From: Eledone cirrhosa
Lineage: Eukaryota
Reading direction: 5' to 3'
NCBI GenBank assembly: GCA_964016885.1
Contig: OZ024743.1
Coordinates: 216,938,001-217,002,000 of the forward strand
Length of the DNA stretch: 64,000 nt
In this document: piece after piece, positions 26,747-39,567 of the stretch
Layout: each line of letters begins with the position of its first letter
Numbering within the stretch: the stretch's first letter is position 1
Notes under the pieces: model-generated
What the model saw: the letters and a program-made list of their open reading frames with translations, nothing else
Told to the model about the DNA's origin: nothing
Database searches by the model: none
Made by a program: the position numbers and the translations under genes

Positions 26747-27200
26747 TATATATATATATATATATATACATACACATGCACTCGCGCGCACACACACACT
26801 ATAACATACACATTTTAGTTTGACAACTTAGTTTATTCACGAAAATTGCAAGTTTGTGTATATGTACTCTTCTATGTATCCATACATGTATTTATATCTT
26901 ATTCACACATATATAATAATCATAAGGTTTCGGTGATAAACCATTCAAGTCAAAACAATTTTCAGGTTGATTTCTTTTTATCATGTTTTGAATTCTTCCT
27001 TTCTTTCATAACCGGTTTTATATAAAGAATAACACATACACGCTAGTGGAAGATTAAACTGCCATGGGCTTTCTGGTTGGAAATTCATTGGGGCCTTTTG
27101 TATCATGGAAGCAAAAACATATTTTCTAACCTTTGGCTATAGCCCATACATATGCGCGGAAAGTGAAATATACGCGCGCGCACTCAAACACAGGCATATG

Positions 27201-27350
<150 letters not shown>

Positions 27351-27386
27351 GGAGGTGAGTTTTATTGTAGTACAATAAAGCATATA

Positions 27387-27437
<51 letters not shown>

Positions 27438-27445
27438 ATATATAT

Positions 27446-27487
<42 letters not shown>

Positions 27488-28566
27488 CCATACATACTTA
27501 TGCATGTATATATATATATATTTCCGTACACACGCTTGTTTGTACTTGTGCATACGCACATAATGTATCTAAGCATGTATGTATATATGTGTGAGTGTAT
27601 CTATGTGTATGGTGTGTGTGTATCTATGTGTATGTACATATAATAAACATGCACTCAGCATCCGTTTTTCATGCCCAATTTAAACATTTTTTTTTCTTTT
27701 TCCTATGTTCTTCTTCTGTAGTGCTTCAGCCCTAGGAGTCTACAGTATATGTTGAAAGTGTTCTTCCTACTTTTAGAGACGAACACACCTTATTTTTAGC
27801 GAGCTTTAACTACTATTTCTAGCAGGCCAAGCAACAAAATAAAGTTTCGCTTATTTCTTGGATGAAACCCTGTAATTTCCTTTAAGGTTGTTGCTGAAAA
27901 TATCAGACGAGCATGACTGTGTGGTTAAATTGTTCGTTTCAAAACCACGTGGTATCAGGTTCAATCTCATTGGATGGTATTTTGGGCAGGTGTCTTCTAG
28001 TTTAACCGCAGATACATTTATGCCATGGCACTATTTAGTAACCACAGGTAGACCTTGGTTACTACAGATAAACTTATCCCTTGTCACACTGTTTGCTAAC
28101 CAGAGATAGACCTTGGTAACCACAGTTGCGCTTATGCCTTGTGACTCTTTGTTAAAAACAGAAAGACCTACACTTTGTCACACTGTTTGGTAGCTACATA
28201 TAGAACTTGATAACCACAAATAGGTATATGCCTTGTCCCGGCTTGTCATACGTACCTGTACAGATTTAAGAAGAGATTTTTTCGTGACTCAGTTAAAGTG
28301 TATTGTTTGTTTTTCATGCAACTTAACGGCTTGACAAAAAGAGATCGATAAAGAATGTACCAATCATGTAAAAGAATTAGTGTCGGGTGTGATATGATCG
28401 ATTAAATCCTTTGACGGTGGAGCCCCAGAGTATGTATGTATGGATTTATGAACACGTATTTATGTATGTATAGTTCCATTGAAGACAATTATAGGCTCCC
28501 GAGTGAATCCATAGACATAGGCCCCCTACATACGAAACCACAGCATAAGTAGACAGTATTGACCAG

Positions 28567-28974
28567 AGGTGAGGGCGCAGGCAAATGTCCAGTGTGCCTA
28601 AGGTGAGGGCGCAGGCAAATGTCCAGTGTGCCTAAGGTGAGGGCGCAGGCAAATGTCCAGTGTGCCTAAGGTGAGGGCGCAGGCAATTGTCCAGTGTGCC
28701 TAAGGTGAGGGCGCAGGCAAATGTCCAGTGTGCCTAAGGTGAGGGCGCAGGCAATTGTCCAGTGTGCCTAAGGTGAGGGCGCAGGCAAATGTCCAGTGTG
28801 CCTAAGGTGAGGGCGCAGGCAAATGTCCAGTGTGCCTAAGGTGAGGGCGCAGGCAAATGTCCAGTGTGCCTAAGGTGAGGGCGCAGGCAAATGTCCAGTG
28901 TGCCTAAGGTGAGGGCGCAGGCAAATGTCCAGTGTGCCTAAGGTGAGGGCGCAGGCAAATGTCCAGTGTGCCTA
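28567..28974. repeat. Minisatellite, 12 x 34 bp (AGGTGAGGGCGCAGGCAAATGTCCAGTGTGCCTA)
   Basis: Units start at 28567 and every 34 bp to 28941; they are identical except an A>T in units 4 and 6; no spacers. Confidence 0.97.
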
Positions 28975-29064
28975 TACCTTAAATCGGCATAGTATGTATG
29001 TTTACATTCATGCATACTGAAAGGACTGAAACTATTTTACGTATACACCCCCCCCCCCACACAC

Positions 29065-29122
<58 letters not shown>

Positions 29123-29128
29123 CCCCCC

Positions 29129-29183
<55 letters not shown>

Positions 29184-29184
<1 letters not shown>

Positions 29185-29324
29185 ACGAAGGAATTGTGGT
29201 AAGGAACTAGATGGACCATAAGGCACCAGAGTACTCAATACTTATGGTAGTAGAATGGGACTAGTCCAGAAATAGCCGTCGAAAACGGCTTGAGCTCTGC
29301 CGTCGGGGTCATTCTTTTTCCTAT
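29184..29324. mobile_element. Family H1 copy with internal inversion (tail on -, hammerhead 3' half on +)
   Basis: 29184-29259 matches 23739-23814; 29260-29324 matches ~7050-7110 in the opposite sense. Confidence 0.8.
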
Positions 29325-29345
29325 ATTTATATATATATATATATG

Positions 29346-29456
<111 letters not shown>

Positions 29457-29500
29457 GAGAGGGAAATATACACTGGTGTGTATGATTGTGTATGGAAGAT

Positions 29501-29789
29501 TATATTAATAAAAGGGATTCCAACTTTGTCTGATTTACTCGTTTTATTTACAATCCTTTAAAATTTATAATGGTATTAGAATGAAATAGTATGGTAGAAT
29601 ATTAAATGTTAAGTGTTAATTGAACAAGTATATTCATGCTTTCGCAATCTTCAGGTTCACAATGAACTTGTTCAATTAACACTTAACATTTAATATTCTA
29701 CCATACTATTTCATTCTAATACCATTATAAATTTTAAAGGATTGTAAATAAAACGAGTAAATCAGACAAAGTTGGAATTTCTTTTATTA

Positions 29790-29794
<5 letters not shown>
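29501..29794. repeat. Fold-back palindrome, 129 bp arms (29501-29629 and 29666-29794), 36 nt spacer
   Basis: The arms are reverse-complementary with ~2 mismatches; the right end runs into (TA)n. Confidence 0.93.
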
Positions 29795-29823
<29 letters not shown>

Positions 29824-30592
29824 AGCGTATGTATGTGTATTATGGGGGAAGGTCGTTTGTTTACATTCGTTATAGACCTATTCTCCCTCTACCATGGTAT
29901 TGCTTTCTTCAAATCCATGTTCTTTCGGGAAGTATAGCCACACATTTTTTTTTTTTGGTCTTAATTGTTCTCAAAAATATTTCACATTCTTATTAAATGT
30001 TTAATATCTTTTTCCATTCATTTAAAAAATATATCCTTGCAACATACCTGCATTCTTCTCTTTGTCTATACACTCACCCACCCATCTACCGTTTTTCTCA
30101 TATTTTCAAGCTGCCGATCTCCCTTTCCATGTTGCTGTATTTCTATTTCACCTGTTATGCTGTTTATTTAGTTATTGAAGGCGAATGGTTTAATGGTTCG
30201 ATTCCCGACGGTGTGGTGCATTCTTCAGCAATACATATTCTTTTAACCTTTCAGCTGGTAAATGAGATATTTGCACATTATTTGATACGCAAAAGGCTAG
30301 ATTTATCACTCATTGTTACCGTGTATCACCAGTAGAGTTCAGTTAAGTTTACACGTGTCTGTGGAATACTCAACTAGAATGAAGTCGTCGGAAACGGCGT
30401 AGGTCCAACACATGTTTTTTTACATTCCCTTCATTCTTTCCAGTTTCGAAACTATAATGATCCACAGAAGATAGCAGATGTGCGGGAATCGTCCTCGAAT
30501 TTGAGTCTTCCGTCTTCTCTGTTCCCGTTTTTCCCACGTGTTTCTTTATAATATTTCCCAGTAAACCCACAGCCCTGTTTTTATATCAACTT

Positions 30593-30664
<72 letters not shown>

Positions 30665-30744
30665 TGTGTGTGTGCGCGCGTATGTGTGTGTGTATGTGTG
30701 TGTGTGTGAATATGTGTGTGTGTGTGGGTGTGTGTATCACATAC

Positions 30745-30876
30745 AGTGTGGTAAAATACCAGGTGGACCATAGCCCACCAGAGCACTCAATGTTTGAGGT
30801 AGTAGAGTGGATAATATTTTGGATCTAGCTGTCGAAACGGCAGCAGCTCAGCTGTTGGGGTCCCGAATTTTTCATA
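30745..30876. mobile_element. Family H1 subfamily copy with internal inversion
   Basis: GTGGTAAAATACCAGGTGGACC tail (-) joined to TAGCTGTCGAAACGGCAGCAGCTCAGCTGTTGGGG (+). Confidence 0.7.
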
Positions 30877-30957
30877 TACGTATATATAGATACATATATA
30901 CAAGGGACGTGCCCCAGCATAGTCTCAGCCGGATGGCTGGAACAGGTAAAATAGTAA

Positions 30958-31275
<318 letters not shown>

Positions 31276-31327
31276 ATATATATACACATGTGTGTGTTTG
31301 TGTGTGTATGTATGTATATGTGTGTAT

Positions 31328-31428
<101 letters not shown>

Positions 31429-31749
31429 ATATATATATATAAGAAGAAACAGGGGCTGTGTAGTTGGTGGATAAGGTGTACTTATAAAATAAGGGGAAAC
31501 GATGAACGGGAGAACATTTTCCTTCATCAGTTGTCTGCTGGGGTTCATGGATATTTCTACGCATTAAAGATATGATATATTACCCCAGTGCGTCAATAAC
31601 TAAAGGAAGTTATGAAGTTATTGGGAAAAAATGGAGAGAGAGAAAAAAATTTAACAGATGGGAAAAGGCAAGAAAAATGAAAACAAAAAACATTGAAAAA
31701 AACGGGAAACAACAAACCGAAGAGGGAAACCCGAACCACATGTGTGTGA

Positions 31750-31872
<123 letters not shown>

Positions 31873-32662
31873 GTGTGTGTGTTGTGTGTGTGTGTGTGTG
31901 TGTAAACAAATTTTCTCTCAGTACACGGTAACTCTAAGTTACTGAGCTGGATAAATATCATAATACAATTATTTGGCGTTCTCATGCAGTTACACAAGTA
32001 CCTATGACAAGATCACAGCTTTAAATAGAACCCATAGAGAAAACTTACGAACGTTTATTATACATTATGTTGTATATGTTTTAATATAGGCCTCTATTTA
32101 GTTATATTCACATTTATAAATATTTTAATTTTTATTCTTTCTTTAAGGTGTTGCCTTTCTGAATATCACAACTTTGTTTCTTTGGGTATGAAGTTATGAA
32201 GTTTATCGGCTGAAACAGATGAAAAGGATTGTGCTTTTTTGTGTGCGCGCGCGAAAGATTTGTGTGTATAATATGCACTATATATATATAAGGACACATT
32301 ACGATGAAAAATTGTATTAGTTTTACGCTTGATATTGTAGGAAGAGAGTCTTAACGTTTCGGATGTTAATCATTCCTCACAAAATAGAATAAGAAATTAA
32401 AGAAAGCAGCTAATGATGATACATTAGGTAAATTATTAGATACACCGTGAAATTACAGGGAGAGAAAAAGAAAAAGGACAACAGGGACAAAAGTATCATA
32501 TATAAAACATTACATATGGATGCATGTTTGTTTATATACACACATATACATACACACACACACACTTATATATATGTGCGTGCGTGTGTGAGTGTGTGTG
32601 TGTGTATGGGTGGGATGGTGTGTATATTTATGTATGGATACACACACACATACATAGATATA

Positions 32663-32714
32663 TAGCCGTCGAAACGACTTGAGCTCTGCTGTTGAGGTCC
32701 TGACCCTTTTCCTA
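32663..32714 (+). mobile_element. Family H1 short fragment
   Basis: TAGCCGTCGAAACGACTTGAGCTCTGCTGTTGAGGTCC...TTCCTAT followed by (TA)n. Confidence 0.7.
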
Positions 32715-33497
32715 TATATATATATATTCACGCATGTGTTTGCGTTTACCGATTCTCTTCATTGTCGATCTACCATTTCTTACCTTGAAGTTTTCTGTTG
32801 ATCACAACGACCCTATCACCTATTTCAGGTTTATACTTGATTTATTGATCAGTATTTAGTGGCTCAGTTAACACAAGACGACGGAAAATGACAAAGCGAT
32901 TGACATCGACACATACGCATATATATAATCAATGTTTGTGTTCATTCTGGACTACCAGCAGTTTCACGAAATCAGGTTCTCATTGAGAAAAGTAAAAGGA
33001 GGTGGGGTTTAGAGCCATGGCAAATACATATCTGCCACTCTCAGTGTATATACATATTGATGAACGTAGTGAAATCAACTGTCTTCGGGAAACTCCGAGT
33101 AACTAGTAAGGCATATGCCTGTTTGGCATGTATTTTACACTATATATATATATACTGAGATACAAATACAACTGGGAATTAAGATTGGGTGGCACATTCG
33201 AAAATATTTGGAATCATTAAAATTGCTGAGGTAACTTTCTCTCGTTCTCAATCTTTTATCTCAGTTCTTGTTTTTTTGTTTCTCTGTCTATTTTCTCAAA
33301 TTCTTATTTCTTCCAAATAAGCAAACTTATTTCCTACTTGTATTTGCATCTCATATTCCACAATGCCTCTTGCAAACAACTCTTTATTATATATATACAG
33401 GGTCGATAAAATAAAGTGCCAGTAATGTACTGGGCAATTGCTGGCCTTGTGCCAAAAGTAGTAAAGATTATATATATATATACAGTGCACATGCATA

Positions 33498-33571
<74 letters not shown>

Positions 33572-33574
<3 letters not shown>

Positions 33575-33631
33575 TGATCTAGCTGTCCAAACGGCGGAGG
33601 CTCAACAGTCGGGGTCTGACTCTTTTCCTAT
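33572..33631 (+). mobile_element. Family H1 short fragment
   Basis: TAGCTGTCCAAACGGCGGAGGCTCAACAGTCGGGGTC...TTCCTAT between (TA)n tracts. Confidence 0.65.
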
Positions 33632-33850
33632 ATATAGGAACTGTGCGAACTCCTGTAGGCATGTATGTGTGTGTGTATATATATATATGCTCTACGGTTC
33701 TTATATATTTGATATATATTTATCCTTATCGAGCCCTCTTTGGATTTTAGTCTTCAAATTTATTACTATTACTATATATGCATGTATATATATGCATATA
33801 TATATATATGTATATATGCATATGTATTTATTTATGTATCTATCTATGTG

Positions 33851-34327
33851 AGATCGGTGTGGAAGTCTGACCTTCGTAGAGACCTGAAAATCCGCCTCTT
33901 CACTGCTGTAGTGGAGTCTGTACTGCTGTATGGGTCTGAGACTTGGACACTGACCAAGAAACTCACTCAGATGGTGGATGGGTGCTACACGAGAATGCTG
34001 AGGATGGCTCTGAACATTAATCAGTATACACTGAGGATGAAAAACTCAGAGCTGTATGGGAGCATCCCAAAAGTCAGCTCAAAAGTGACACAGAGGAGAC
34101 TGAGGTTGGCTGGACATGCTCACCGACATCCAGAGTTGACATTGCACTCAGTGCTCCTGTGGGAGCCCCTACATGGACACACTAGAAGAGGAAGACCAAG
34201 GTTAACGTATGTTGATGCCCTAAGGACAGACACTGGTCTGTTGGAGATGCAGGACATGGCAGCGATAATGAGGGACAGAGACTGCTGGAGAGAACTCGTC
34301 CAAGGATCTCGGGAATTTTACCCGCCT
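33851..34327 (+). mobile_element. RTE-type LINE, 5'-truncated, C-terminal ORF region
   Basis: Reads LKIRLFTAVVESVLLYGSETWTL...YTRMLRMAL...RRLRLAGH...LLWEP...RGRPRLTYVD..MRDRDCWR, the typical post-RT region of RTE-clade ORFs; the frame is open. Confidence 0.9.
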
Positions 34328-34332
34328 CAGAG

Positions 34333-34377
<45 letters not shown>

Positions 34378-34385
34378 TGTGTGTA

Positions 34386-34461
<76 letters not shown>

Positions 34462-35008
34462 CGTGTGTGTGTGTATGTATATAGATGTATATATGTATAT
34501 ACTGGTAACATGTAACCCGGTACAACCTGTCTATTGTCGTTTCGTCGGCGTCTAAACCGACTATTCCACCAAACTTGCTTGGTGAAGAGTGTGATTTGGG
34601 GCATCCTGTGGGAATAAAAGCACAACCTGTCAAAGGATGGAGAAAATTGGGAGCGTCAACGGCCATATAATAATGCTTTTTCTTTTTCTTCTTTGTGGAG
34701 AAGGTCAATCTGATATAAAACCTGCGACTTCCTTTGCATCCAAATATGTAGACCAGTTCTTTTTGGCCAAATGCATTCGAGAGTGGGATTGGTCCAATGC
34801 ATTCGAAAGGGGGATCGGCCCTGTGCAAAGACTTTCCGCACTTAAAAAAGCTCCAAGCACAGACACCGCTTGATATGTGATATATTTTGTGATGCATGGT
34901 ATTGTTGATTATAGGTAAGTTCCTAGCCGGATTAAAAGCCACGTCTGTGATACTCATGCTTAAGTATCAAGCGATGGCATCTCTCGAAATAGAGTTGCAG
35001 CAATCATC

Positions 35009-35115
<107 letters not shown>

Positions 35116-35167
35116 GGTATATATGGATATATGCATGCATATAGGTGTATATATATATATATATAAG

Positions 35168-35533
35168 TCACTCAGATGGTGGATAGGTGCTACGCGAGAA
35201 TGCTGAGGATGGCTCTGAACATTAATCAGTATACACTGAGGATAAAATACTCAGAGCTGTATAGGGGCCTTCCAAAAGTCACCTTGAAAGTGACACAGAG
35301 GCGACTGAGGTTAGCTGGACATGGTCACCGACTTCCCGAGTTGACATTGCACTCAGTGATCCTGTGGGAGCCCCTACAAGGACACACTGGAAGAGGAAGA
35401 CCAAGGTTAACGTATGTTGATGCCCTAAGGACAGAGACTGGTCTGTTGGAGAGGCAGGGCATGGCAGCGATAATGAGGGACAGAGACTGCTGGAGAGAAC
35501 TCGTCCATGGATCTCGGGAATTTTACCCGCCCT

Positions 35534-35535
<2 letters not shown>
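35168..35535 (+). mobile_element. RTE-type LINE 3' fragment in (TA)n
   Basis: ORF 35176-35535 is highly similar to 33970-34327. Confidence 0.9.
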
Positions 35536-35573
<38 letters not shown>

Positions 35574-35606
35574 GTATGCATATAGGTATGTAATCATGTC
35601 TATAGG

Positions 35607-35641
<35 letters not shown>

Positions 35642-35775
35642 GGCGGGTAAAATACTCTCATATATATATATATATGAGAGTATTGAAATTTGCTTAAGCA
35701 TTGTGGAATAACATGTAAATATCTTTAAATCGTTTGGAAGCCTCGACAATGCAAATGGGTAAATCTCCGGGTAAA

Positions 35776-35877
<102 letters not shown>

Positions 35878-35882
35878 CGGGT

Positions 35883-35947
<65 letters not shown>

Positions 35948-36259
35948 CCATATACATGGTATGGGCCAATATTGGCCGAAACTTATCAAAGTTATCAAAG
36001 TTATCAAAGTATATATATGTATGTGTGTGTGTGTGCGAAAGAATTCCCCTTACTTATTGAGGTTTTTGACCTTGTCAAATCGGAACATGGAGAAAATGTG
36101 TGAATAGTTATCTCCATTGCAACTACTATCGACCAGTAGCAACTCTTGGAGCAAAAAATCAGCATGAAATAATGTTTTGTTCATCACCCTGTCTGTATAC
36201 TCTCAACCTCACAATTACGAATTCAATGCTTTAACGAATATATATGTATGTGCCTACTA

Positions 36260-36560
36260 CCAAGTTTGCTCCCATATATTCGGTCACTGCTGATGTCTTT
36301 CCTTTCTACCTATTTTCAGAAGATTCCTGACACTTCATTCTCAATGTTCCAATGTAGTTTTCTTCAGCCTTGCAATCGTTTCTTAATGTCCTGGATAACA
36401 TCTGCAAAGATATGATTTTCAAATGAATTTCGTTTCTATTTTTAGCATGTCGAGTGGAGTCTCTTTATATTACATCAGTGTTTTCCTTTGTTTACATACT
36501 GGTTTAAATATGGTCCTTCCTTCTTAATTAACAACTGGATAAATACAACCTCGAGTTACA
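36260..36560 (-). pseudogene. Possible degraded PLE GIY-YIG endonuclease region
   Basis: Minus-strand pieces GRTIFKP...NTDVI and CKAEENYIGTLRMKCQE..R*KGKTSAVTEY resemble the PLE RTxFKP, VIY, C..YIG and SAVxEH motifs; stops and frameshifts are present. Confidence 0.3.
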
Positions 36561-36856
36561 TCTGCTTCGTTGCCTATTTCTTGTTAAACATTAAATCGCA
36601 ATAAAGGCATTAGTGTATGTCTCCATGCACATATTTACGTATGCCTTCCCCTCACTCTTTTTATAATGTATAGATGTATGCAACTAATTGATGTATGCAT
36701 GTGTATGTTTATATGCATGTATTATGTGTGTATGTTTGTATGAGTATGTATATGTGTATGATCAAGCCATATACTATTGGCGACAGTATATGTAAAAACA
36801 TAATCTCCTAGCATCTCCATGCCCCTATTAATTATTCAACACACTAGTATAATGTA

Positions 36857-36920
<64 letters not shown>

Positions 36921-36984
36921 TCATATGTGCATGCATGCATGTAACTATGCTCACTGCATGTGTCTTTATATACCTCTATACATT

Positions 36985-37330
36985 CGTTGCCGGTGACATG
37001 AAAAGTTCCTTCTCCAGCTTACCTTGTCCAGCATTGCCGTCAGAATTTCCATTCCCTAAAACCCGGTGTCATCTTCAAGAACGTCCTTCAGCATGATTGT
37101 TGATCTCTCAACTCGTCTGCACACCTCAGATTTCCAGAAAAGTATTCTGCTAAGCAGGTTCACTTTGATCTCATGTCCTGCTAAAGTGAGCCTCCCACTC
37201 ATTATGATGCCAGAAAGGCCAGGTCTGAGCACTAGAGAGATTTATTCATTATTTCTGTTCTCCAGAATATATGCTACACCATTTTCAGAACACGGGTGAA
37301 TGTGACATAATCCTCTTAATGAGTGTCTTT
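36985..37330 (-). mobile_element. Older, diverged RTE-type LINE 3' fragment
   Basis: Minus-strand translation FTRVLKMV*HIFW..., then GRLTLAGHE...RILFWKS...DVLEDDTGF*...AMLDKVSWRR, aligns motif by motif with the 33851 copy; stops and a frameshift are present. Confidence 0.75.
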
Positions 37331-37957
37331 ATACGCATACACCTACACCTGTATTACTGAGAAGGCTTAGGATCGTAAGGTTGTGAGAACGATTTCCTTC
37401 GGCTTGCTGTCTTTAAGCAAGGCAATTTATTTCACGTTGCTATAGACCACTCAGTATTCCACATGAATATAGTACAGTTGTGTCCAGAGGCGTCCTAAGT
37501 ATACATGAAATATCGGTGCTCTTGCGTATCATTTATGGTAGCCACTAACAGTAATCCTATACCGTGTGTAGCTGTATTTCACAAGGTCAGCCATGTCAGA
37601 GTGACACACTGAAACTCTCTGATTGCTACGCTTAGGGTATACATGTGAAGGGAATGCTCAGCTAACTTGTATGTTAATTTCACAAACAGGGAGTTTCATT
37701 GGTCAAACAACTGAAGTACTCATCATTCGAACCGACGGAGGTCTAACACATACACGCGCTCATATATATATATATAATATTAAAGATACTATTTATAGTT
37801 ATGTATATACTAAACTATAAACAACTATAAACAGGGAAGGTGAGTAATTTACTACTACCTTATTACCAGTAAGAGAAATATATATATATATATATATATG
37901 TATTTATATATATATATATATATGTATTTATATATATATATATATGAACAAATTCAA

Positions 37958-38050
37958 GACCCTGCGCTGATCTACCTCCGTTTTCGCATCTACATCCATA
38001 CTAGCACCAGTATTCTAACGGCAGGAATCTAGCTGAACTTATCAAGGGGT
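37958..38050 (-). ncRNA. Degenerate hammerhead, family H1, core UUGAUAA (U3/A8)
   Basis: ACCCC-UUGAUAA-GUUCAGCUA...UAGAUGC-GAAA-ACGGAGG...GCAGGGUC; helices II and III are decayed. Confidence 0.4.
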
Positions 38051-38207
38051 ACAGTCGTTTACATGACATTTTGCAGTACTAAACCAGCCATTTGATCTAA
38101 GGTACACCCCCACCCAACCACCAGATAACTGATCACTCCCACAGAAAAACAAAAACTAAAAAATTTAAAAAATGTTTGCTTTGACTGTCTGCCCATATGT
38201 GGACTAT

Positions 38208-38291
38208 ACCCCTTGATGAGTTCTGCTACATTCTCGCCATTCTTTAGTTCAGATCTAGCTGTCGAAACAGCCGCAGCTCAGTCATCGGGGG
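38208..38291 (+). ncRNA. Degenerate full-length hammerhead, family H1
   Basis: ACCCC-UUGAUGA-G..GCUA...UAGCUGUC-GAAA-CAGCC(GCAGCUC)AGUCA-UC-GGGG. Better-preserved copies give helix III ACGGCU/AGCCGU, a GUC cleavage triplet and GGGGU to pair with ACCCC. Confidence 0.6.
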
Positions 38292-38545
38292 CCTGAATCT
38301 TTTCATATTACCGACTCTACTAGCCCAGGTATCGTGTACTCTGGTGGGTTACGGTCCACTTGGTTTTTTACCACACTCTATCTGATATATATATATTGAA
38401 AAAGTGATGAATATCATGGCCAACAGCACAACAAAGGGTTTTATTTACAGCCTGACAATTGTTTCACTGATTAAACTATCCATAATACGATGTATTCACA
38501 AGCTCTAACACAAGCTCTAACCTATAACGATATTTTGTTATCCCT

Positions 38546-38587
<42 letters not shown>

Positions 38588-38623
38588 AGTGTGTATGTAT
38601 GTGTGTGTGTGTGTGTGTGTATG

Positions 38624-38663
<40 letters not shown>

Positions 38664-38889
38664 TATCACTTATTTTTTATCATTTAGTTTGTTTTGACCT
38701 GTTTAGCTTGTTTTGGTTTTTGGCTTGGGGGGTTAATGCTTTCTTGACCACCTTTTCAGTTTTGTATGGCTTCTTAACACATTGTTTAGCTCTGGTCTTT
38801 AACTATTGAGCACTTTGCCAGTATCATTTCTGATTTTTGCGTTTCGCTTCGTTTTACCTGCCCGCCGAAAATGCGATTATCGCTGAATC

Positions 38890-38978
<89 letters not shown>

Positions 38979-39306
38979 ATATATTGCAATTGATTCTCAG
39001 ATGTCTTGTATTTAAAGACTTCTCGTATTAGTGATTACTAGAAAACAGCTCATGTTTCTTTCTTTCCACGACTTCAGTTGTTATATTTTGTTTTCGTCAT
39101 CAGTCATCAGCCGTTTTATTTTTTTAATTTGATTTGTACATTTGTTTACCACAGGGAAACCTAATAGTTAACTAGATAGCTGTAGACATGATGTAAAAGA
39201 CGTGAAATGAAAGAAAACCTATCTGTACAGATAAAAATATCAGACACCACGTAAATAAAGACGTATTAATCGGATATAGATTGTCTGATTAAAAATATAT
39301 AGAAAG

Positions 39307-39338
<32 letters not shown>

Positions 39339-39358
39339 GGAACGCATATATGTATGTA

Positions 39359-39417
<59 letters not shown>

Positions 39418-39458
39418 CATAGGAACGCATATATGTATGTATTGTATATATATGTATG

Positions 39459-39567
<109 letters not shown>

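Larger units (their letters stand above)
37945..38385. mobile_element. Family H1 element with two divergent (inverted) hammerhead-containing repeats, (TA)n-flanked
   Basis: 37945-38056 (-) and 38202-38306 (+) are homologous; the + copy continues into the H1 tail to ~38385. Confidence 0.75.

Noticed and set aside
28567-28974. CRISPR-like array (34 bp repeats)
   Set aside because: The repeats are head-to-tail with no spacers, there are no cas genes, and the context is eukaryotic.
33057-33090. UUGAUGA-ACGUAGU-GAAA motif
   Set aside because: Helix II is only 2 bp and there is no helix I or III pairing; compatible with chance.
34220-34957. 245 aa minus-strand ORF
   Set aside because: It is a chimera of unique sequence, (CA)n and antisense RTE; no recognisable domain.
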